From Antedon mediterranea (Eukaryota > Animalia > Echinodermata): 64,000 nucleotides of DNA. Of the stretch, positions 55,901-64,000 are shown piece after piece. Under the pieces are notes generated by a model. The model saw only the letters and a program-made list of their open reading frames with translations, did no database searches and was not told the origin of the DNA. The number at the start of each line of letters is the position of its first letter. Position 1 is the stretch's first letter. The stretch spans positions 25,268,912 through 25,332,911 of the forward strand of contig NC_092675.1 of NCBI RefSeq assembly GCF_964355755.1, in the 5' to 3' direction. The position numbers were made by a program, and so were the translations under genes.

Positions 55901-58900
55901 CAGAGATATCGAGATAGAGTATGCATACTTTGGTCACATGGCTAAGCGTCAGCGATGTTTTAATACAGAGAATAATTCGTTCCGCGATGACTACAAAGCC
56001 GACTGCTCTTCCATGTATTTTCTAGAATATTTAACAAACAGGTAAGAAACATTACTAAGATACTAAGATAATTTAAGATTATCTATAGTACCCGGTTCAA
56101 GTATTAAATAAAGGCTCACTTCTCTCGTGAAAAAATAATTATGTCTCCATGCTTCTATCTTTATAATAATAATATCTATAGTCTCATCTAAATTTCCAGA
56201 GGCGTATATATTTATCATAACAATGTCTAAAGTTCTTGGGAAAAATAAATTAACCTTAATATGTATGTGTGTCATTATAATGATACAAAACAAAATGCTG
56301 TAACTCTAACAATATACCACATTTCAAATGACAGATGTAACGGTAAAAGTGTGTGTATGTTTGTCAAGGATCACAAGTTATTACGATACCGATGTGATCA
56401 ACCGCCTGACATCACAAAGAATGATTTACGTGTTTTCACGGATGTTCGCTACAAGTGCCGTACAAATGTATCTAAAGGTGAGCCATTCAGGTTTTATTGT
56501 GGTTTATGACTTCATGTATTCTATTAGTAGCTAGTATAAAGGTTTATTTTCCATGAGTATAACTTGGCTAAAATTTCACATTGAGTCTGAGATTAAATTA
56601 CTAATTAGTTAATTAAGTCAGCAAATATTTAAAAACATGTTTCTTGCCATATTTTATATGAAAGTAAAGTTTTAAGTCTTCAAAATGTATAATTTCTAAT
56701 TCCACCACATTTGGTATATAATTACACCACTGACACCATATCATTTTTTATATTATACGGTAGCCTATCATTTTTAGTGCGTATTTTTTTATTAATTTAA
56801 TATATAGTAGAATTTAAAGAATTGACAACTCCGTCGATTAGCAAATGTCAACAGACATATAAAGAAGGTATAAACTGGACTATGACAGATCCTGGAGCAA
56901 TTAGCAATCAAAATTGCCCGGATGATCCATCTGGTAAGAAATAAATTGTAATTTATGTTAAAGAGATGAGAAAATATGTTAAAAACTACTTGTTGTCAGG
57001 GTAATAATAAGTAATCAACTTTACGATTAGGCTCAGCAACGTGGATGTGTTCCAGTGACGGAGTATGGCATGAAGATGGACCAAACTTGGACGATTGTGG
57101 TGAACAAGAATGGATTGACGAAAACAGAAACTTAGTAAGTTCGTATGTGGCTTATACACACAATCCTCGTAGTGTATAATATAACCATTGTAGGCCTAAA
57201 GTAATATCAGGTTGTTTAGTACCTGAATCTGTTCCAGGCATGTGTTTCAAAATTTGTTACAGGTTTTACGCAAAGTAGTAGAAATTAATCGATTAGATTC
57301 TCAAGTCAATCGGTTTGTAATTACCGCATTTTAACTTCAGATAGAAGATGCTGATTTACCTGCCGTAGAAATTGCTATTAAAATTTACGAAGGATTTGAT
57401 TCGACAGAAGACGTAAGTGTCGAAACAGTCACTGAGACAGTGCAATTATTAGACGAACTCATTAGCTTACAAGAGCAACAGCTGACTTCTACTAATGCTT
57501 CACAAGAAGAAAAGGTGCACATTGCTGTTGAATTTCAAACGGTATGTAGACATGTATTTTGCTTGTAGTTTCAGATGACTACAACACTCTATCCAGATTT
57601 TTCAGGTATCATAAAAATATTTGGTATTATATAACACCTATATAAATTCCTGTCATTTGATTGGACGAATGTGGGTCACATGGCGTGCAATAGTACGCAC
57701 TATTCAACGATCGTTAAATAGTACTTTTTGAAACATTTTTGTGTACGAAAAAAAAACGTCTAGATGTTATATAAAACAAATAATGAATGTTTTGTATTCG
57801 TGTAATGGTACAAATAATGGCACTTGGTGAATGATGAAAGGTTATATCAACTCGGCTTTGCCTCGTTGATATAACCTTTCATCATTCACCTCGTGCCATT
57901 ATTTGTACCATTGCACTCATAAACATTCATTATTTGTATAATAAAACATCACATGTGTTTCACATGTATCTCCTTGTATCATATTTATACCATAACATAA
58001 GCTTACATAATACAGGCACCGCAGTAAAAATAAGATGTTGTATGCAGTAGGCCTATTACCAAATTTTCCTAGGATTACTGGAAAATATTTTAGTATGTGG
58101 AGATATATCACTTAGTATCGGATATGTACTTTTTGTTATTCCCTAAAAAGATCAAATATTTATTGATTGATTTTGCAGGAATTATTGCATACCGCTAGTC
58201 AGCTACTCACAGAGGACATATTACATGTGTTCGAAGACGAAGAGGTATGTTGTGACAATATCAACCAAGTAATAGCTGTATGTTTTACAATTCTGTGTTT
58301 AGTGCTATAGACATTATTATGCACGTGATTAAAACAAATAATGTGTTTCGTTTTATTTAAAAGGAAAATGAAGCAGCAACAACTGCAACATCTATTTCTG
58401 ATGAGATTGAAAAGAGTGCGTTTCTTGTAGCCGATACACTGTCATCCGAGTCGCGAGAAATTGAATCGGAAAATATTGGTGAATTTATATATATATATAT
58501 TTGTTTTTTTAATTAAATTTATTAAAGAAGATCACGTACTAGGATATGCTATATTTTGCTTAAAACAGAGTTAAAAGTACTGATACTCATCTGATTCAAG
58601 ACATTTTGGCGTCCAATTTTGTTCATATATCGATCTCTTTCTTTGTATAAATGTTTTTCTTCTTAACCATATTTTGATGTAATGCTCTAATCTGGTAATT
58701 TAATTCCAAACTAGTATTTTCTCTTATAGTTGCCACCATTTGCATTTGTCTTTCTTCGTTTTATCGTTTGCACTGTTTTTGTAAATTTTAGTTATGAAAG
58801 TTAGAGCTGTAGATGTAATTGATGATGTACCTACCGAAGATGCTGAAGATGAAGATGATCATTACGTTTTATCAATTGGTGATGATGACACTGGATGTTC

Positions 58901-61900
58901 CTATCTAAAATTGCCCCGTCTTACAGAACGACAAACTACAATCTTTATTGCAACTACTACTGGTAAGAAACACAATTTATTATTGAACAGAAAATGCACG
59001 GTTTTTGGAATCTTCGTGACCTAAAGTATGTTTTTAAACATACATGCCTTTTTCTTGGGTTTAGGCCCTATTATATATCCGGAAATCACGTTGTGTTTTC
59101 TTGAAGTAGAAAAGCTATTCAGTTATTTCAAAAGAGATAATTGGGGCCTAACAGTTATTCATGTATTGCTTTTAGAACTTGAAAAACCAGAATTTGTGAC
59201 GGCGACTGAATCCAGTATTTTTGACCACACTGGTGAGAATGTTTTTGCTTTTAAATCAACTTTGTATTCTTATCTGACCTCAAGCTACATGCTATAGAAT
59301 TTATTTTTATATATTAAATATTAGGTATTCATAATACAGAAATTTATCAAATATTAAACGTAGGCCTATATTTCATCTACAAAATGTATAAAGTGCATAA
59401 TATAAAACGAAATATAGAACTACTAAATTACAATTTAATCTATTATTTTTTCTTCTTCAGAATATTATCCTGATTCATATTCATCAAGCAAAGGTGATGA
59501 ATTTTCCATGTGTTTAAAAATTTAATATTGCTGCATCGCAATACACAAACAATTCATGCGCGTAGAAATAAAAATTAACATGTCAAAATCGAATACAAAT
59601 TATAAAAACTAATCAATGAATATGACTTTAAAAGTGCGATTTCTTTTAAACAAATCTAAAGATCATACATTCGTTATAGATTGATAGCTGTTTTAATACT
59701 TATTTAGGTAAATTAAAGATGATGTATGCAAAATACAAGACTCTCGGGAGATTTCTGGAATCTAGTATCAACTCGAAAATAGATGGGTATGTTTCAGTTT
59801 TCAAGATTAAATTCGTTTTTAAAGGTTATAATTTAAAAATAATGTACATATTGAATATCAGTTTTTTTCGTAATCTTTAAATAGTGTTACTGATATCACT
59901 GAAACTGAAGTTTATAACAAAACAGCAGAAACATCTGCAGCACACATGAACCAGACGACAACCATACTCAACTCAAATGTCATCGGAGCTTCGTTAAGAT
60001 TTGATGAACACGATATTACGGAATTTGAAAATGGACAAACTGTACAGTTTTGTCTTCCAGAGCTAAATGTAAGAAATTTCAAAGGCAACATTTAAATAAT
60101 GCAAAACAACTCAAAGTTCTGTTGCCTTTTGTATCTTAATTGAAAACAACTCGGTGACCAGTATACGCAAGCAAGTAATGCATCTTTTTAAATTCATTTT
60201 GATATATAGAATATAGGTTAATTAATAAACATTGTTCTCAACATTACAGACTTCTTTAGTTGGTGAACAAAAATGTGTCTTCTGGAGCTTTAATAAAACG
60301 TAAGCCTTGTTGTTGTGTACTTGTTTTCTGATAATAGTTATCGGTATAAACTATATATTTGTTGGGTAATTTTGCCTATCTGTATTTTTTTCTGATGGTT
60401 TTAATTTATAATATTTCACTATTATAAGGACAAACACAGGTGAATGGTTAAGTGAAGGATGTATCACTACTCAGACGCGACAACACACAATCTGTACTTG
60501 TAATCACATGACAAACTTTGCTATATTGATGGACGTACATGGCGTAAAAGTGAGTTAGTAATGGTTCAAATTAGAAATATTAATATTAATGTTATTATAA
60601 TATTAAGCTAAATAAAATGAGGTTAGAAAGTACTCTTTTTCACCCCCACGTCTATTTTGCTCTTTAAAGAATCTTTAATCAATACTTTGATCGTCCTCAG
60701 GAACTGGGAATAAAAGTGAAATTGTGTGAGACCAGAAAAGTTCACAGTGGAAGGAATTGAAACTAGCAAACCTTCAAGCAATATAATAATGATCCTAATA
60801 AATTACAAATGTACTAATTATTTGTTTCTATCAGATCGAACCAGTTCACGAGTCTACTCTGCGATATATCACAATTGTAGGATGTTCTGTATCAATTGTA
60901 GCATTGTTAGCCTGTGTCTTCACATTCTCAATACTAAAGTAAGAAACAAAACGTTATGCTACCCTACGTATTTTGTTTCTTTAAATATCAATTTTAATTA
61001 TTACTGCCGAAGACTTTATATTAGGCATTCCGTTTATTTGTTTTTTACATGGGACTTGATAGATGGGATAAAATTGGCATTTTATTAATTAATTCGAAAA
61101 CCATATTGATATTAGTGTTGTTTTATTAGGAGATTAAAAAGTCTACGCACCACAATCCATCGTAATCTCTGCATATCCCTTGCGATATCTCAGTTAATCT
61201 TCATTGTGGGCATCGAGAGAACTTCAAATAAGGTTAGATTCAAAGCTTAAGCAGTCTTAAAAACAGTCAGAAATAAGTACATTGTTTTTTTAAATAGGCC
61301 TAGCACATCAAATGCGATAATTTCAAAGCAACAAAATAAAAAAAGAAGAAAATCATGTTTTCTTCACAGTATTTGATACATCCATGAATCATGTCATTAT
61401 TATCTAAATAAATATTTATGAAAAAAAAAATAAACTTAGATCACGTGGTATTCTGACATTTTACAGCTGATAATATAAATAATATATTGTTTTTGCTGTC
61501 ATTGTTTTCATGTAGACTATTAGCATTTAATTCCTCCCGCTACAACTTTTGGCTTTCATGCCATGAGTTTTTAATTTTTTAAATGTTTTCTTTTTACAAA
61601 ATAGTTTACACAATCGGACCGCAGTATATATTATAACTAATTAATCTTTAACAAAATGTAAAAACGTGTGAAACTATTCGAACTGTGCATTTTGTAATCC
61701 TCAGGTGGTGTGCTCTGTGATTGCTGGAATGTTACATTATTTTTTTCTGGTCTCATTTATGTGGATGTGTCTTGAGGGAATTCATTTGTACATAACACTT
61801 GTAAGAGTGTTTAACACAACAGAGCATGGCGCTCTCCATTACTATCTAGCAGCTTATGGTAGGCATTTGGTGGGAAGGGGGGGGGGCTGGGGGTATTTAG

Positions 61901-63832
61901 GTCAAACATTACAAATAATATGCCACTGACCTGACCTGACCTGACCTGACCTGACCTATTTTGATTATGTTTGAGTTAATTGAGTATAATCGCTACAAGT
62001 GCCTACTTAACACAGCTTGAGCTTTATTGAGAAATATTTGAAGTACCGGTAGTGTTAAAATATTTCTGCTTATAAATTTAAGCTTTTTGGGGATTAAAAT
62101 TAGATATTTATGCATATCAACTTTAATAGATCTCTTCACAATTTTGCAACAGACTGCATAGTAATGGCATGTTTCTGATTACGTTGTTTGGAGAATAACA
62201 TACATATCCTAGTTTATAAAAATATTTTGTGGCAGTCAATGTCATTTCTATTTCTTTGTTTACCTTTTTAATGCATAACATATAGTCTAGTAGGAAGGAG
62301 GGGTTCATATATTAATTTGTATACAATCTTTATTCTTGTACAGCACTGCCGTTATTGGTAGTCGCGGCTCTAGCGGGTGCAGTACCAGAAGGGTACGGAA
62401 CTGATAAATTGTGAGTACTCCTTTAACTATAATACTATAATTATGATTTAAAATTAAAAAGATCGCTGAGATGATGTGTGACGAGAAAGAACGTGACAAT
62501 AATAGTAATAATGTTGTTTTTTCGTATACATTACAGTTGTTGGTTGTCGACAGAAAATAACTTTATTTTTGCCTTTGTTGCTCCTGTTGCAGGTATTATT
62601 CTGGTAAGCTAGATTTTATCTCATTATTACAAAATATATGCACACTTACATTTTATTTTAAATCTAAACGCTAAAAGTAAAAATTATGTTTGGGAAACGC
62701 CCTCTATATAAACAATCATTTTTGTGCCAAGCTTATCTGGATATATCTGTTTTAATAAATCGTATAAATCATGATTCTTTTTCATTTTTCTAGTTGAATT
62801 TCATCATACTCATTGTATCATTAAGGAAAGCTTATGCAAGCAGCAACGCAATGAATCAAGATGCCACAAAAACACAACAACTAAGGTACATCAGTTATGT
62901 AACTGTGAATGTAAACCCACTCATTCACTTGTTGTACTCTGGAGATAAATATTATACTATTCACTACGAAAATACTTCGTTTACGTTCCCGAGATATGCC
63001 TACACATGCTATTTTGATAGATTTAATATACATTTATACAAACGTATTGCTTGGCGATGAATGGAACATTTTTATAATATAATATGTATAATTATTTGTT
63101 TTAACACAAATAGGTACATGTATGGGTCCTTGGGGTATAGACTTAAAACCCTTGACAATAAATATATAAACCATTTTTGTCGCAATTTGAAGCGCAAATT
63201 TCTTGTATGCCTAATTTGATGGTCACGATATAATGTGTTATTTTTTTTTAACAGAACGTGGATAAAAGGTGCAATTACATTGTTGTTTTTATTGGGATCA
63301 ACATGGGCCACTGGACTTCTGTTTTTCAATCAGTCATCAATTACTATGGCGTACATCTTCACTGTTCTTAATTCTTTACAGGTAATTGAATAAAATATAT
63401 GAAGGAATAATGTTTTATAACCTGTGAAGCATTGTGTGATTTTTTATTTGTTTATATATTTTATCTTGAGACTCAATCACGGACGTACTGTGCTGTAATA
63501 TATCTTTACATTATTATACAGTCCTGGTATGGGAATTCTCCTACATTATTCGTTCGTACAAAATTGCTAGACAGGGAACGTATAATCCAAATATGCTAAA
63601 TACTGTATTTTTATAGGGATTTTATTGTTTTAATGCTAGACAGCGGGAATAATCCAATATGCTAAATACTATTTGTTTATAGGGATTTTTCATTTTCCTG
63701 TTTTACTGTTTCAATAATGATGCTATTAAAAAAGAATTAAGAAGGTGGCTGTCAAGAAAAGCATGGGTACCAAAGAGAATCCGAGAACATTTGAAAGATA
63801 AGCCAAAATTAACCACGATGAATTCAATAATG
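49986..63832 (+). CDS. Latrophilin-like adhesion GPCR (signal peptide, split EGF with inserted C-type lectin, 2x SUEL/Gal-lectin, HRM, GAIN/GPS, 7TM), 3'-partial
   Basis: Exons 49986-50055, 53751-53843, 54177-54365, 54608-54832, 55126-55197, 55398-55724, 55816-56041, 56335-56477, 56808/56811-56933, 57031-57134, 57341-57541, 58179-58244, 58364-58478, 58792-58962, 59176-59232, 59461-59493, 59708-59786, 59885-60068, 60250-60299, 60429-60549, 60835-60938, 61130-61232, 61705-61858, 62344-62410, 62537-62603, 62794-62885, 63255-63381, 63683-63832. Motifs: [45 protein letters not shown] and [17 protein letters not shown]. The signal-peptide exon and small GAIN exons are less certain. Confidence 0.93.
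50181..51666 (+). mobile_element. DINE-1/HINE-like (Helentron-associated) non-autonomous element
   Basis: 5' subTIR AGGTTATATGCAT with an adjacent inverted copy, a (TTTA)n microsatellite, 3' subTIR ATGCATATAACCT, stem-loop AATTCGTCATAGTGACGAATT and terminal CTAG followed by a T tract. Confidence 0.85.
53103..53653 (+). mobile_element. Second DINE-1/HINE-like element
   Basis: SubTIRs ACCGCCGCC/GGCGGAGGT, (GT)n microsatellite, duplicated core CCACAGTTTTTATCCGATTCTCACCAAA, GGTCAAGGTCA motif, 3' hairpin GTACTCTCGGAGTAC and terminal CTAGTTT. Confidence 0.85.
57628..57945. mobile_element. Palindromic non-autonomous element (same family as 35970-36882)
   Basis: Long hairpin ~57805-57912 (AATGGTACAAATAATGGCAC..GGTGAATGATGAAAGGTTATATCAAC / reverse complement) centred on CTCGGCTTTGCCTCG. 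Confidence 0.8.
61926..61955. repeat. (CTGAC)6 microsatellite
   Basis: Six perfect copies. Confidence 0.9.
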
Positions 63833-63962
63833 GTAAATAATATTGTGATGGTAATAATAAGACATCATCCAAATTCAATATCATTGTTATGGTGCGGGTG
63901 AGTTAGTGTAATGACGATGATATGATTTTATAATTCTCATGGCGATAGATGAGAATATTAAG

Positions 63963-64000
63963 GATGATGATGATGGTGATGATGATGACGATGATGATGA
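63963..64000. repeat. (GAT)n microsatellite
   Basis: Imperfect GAT repeats running to the window end. Confidence 0.85.

Overview
This is AT-rich, intron-dense eukaryotic DNA from an invertebrate animal. Gene content and SINE types suggest a deuterostome such as an echinoderm, but that is inference. I traced five spliced protein-coding genes by hand: a MAST kinase (+, 5' part upstream of the window), LRRC40 (+), PRPF38A (-), ERI3 (+) and a latrophilin-like adhesion GPCR (+, runs off the right edge). There is also an unidentified 125-aa ORF (-) head-to-head with ERI3. Introns carry many non-autonomous elements: a Helitron nested in a copy of itself, two DINE-1/HINE-like elements, Kolobok-, Merlin- and hAT-like TIR elements, tRNA-derived SINEs and a LINE tail. 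Two observations stand out. (1) PRPF38A ends in a HIND (Hub1/UBL5-binding) motif, an arrangement I know from plants and protists and not from human PRPF38A. (2) The GPCR has an EGF domain split by a two-exon, frame-symmetric C-type lectin cassette, and skipping the cassette would rebuild an intact EGF. Other leads are a duplicated, truncating splice acceptor at TM7, a PDZ-ligand tail on the PDZ-containing MAST kinase, and a 700-bp foldback between convergent genes. All coordinates were read by eye and no database search was run.
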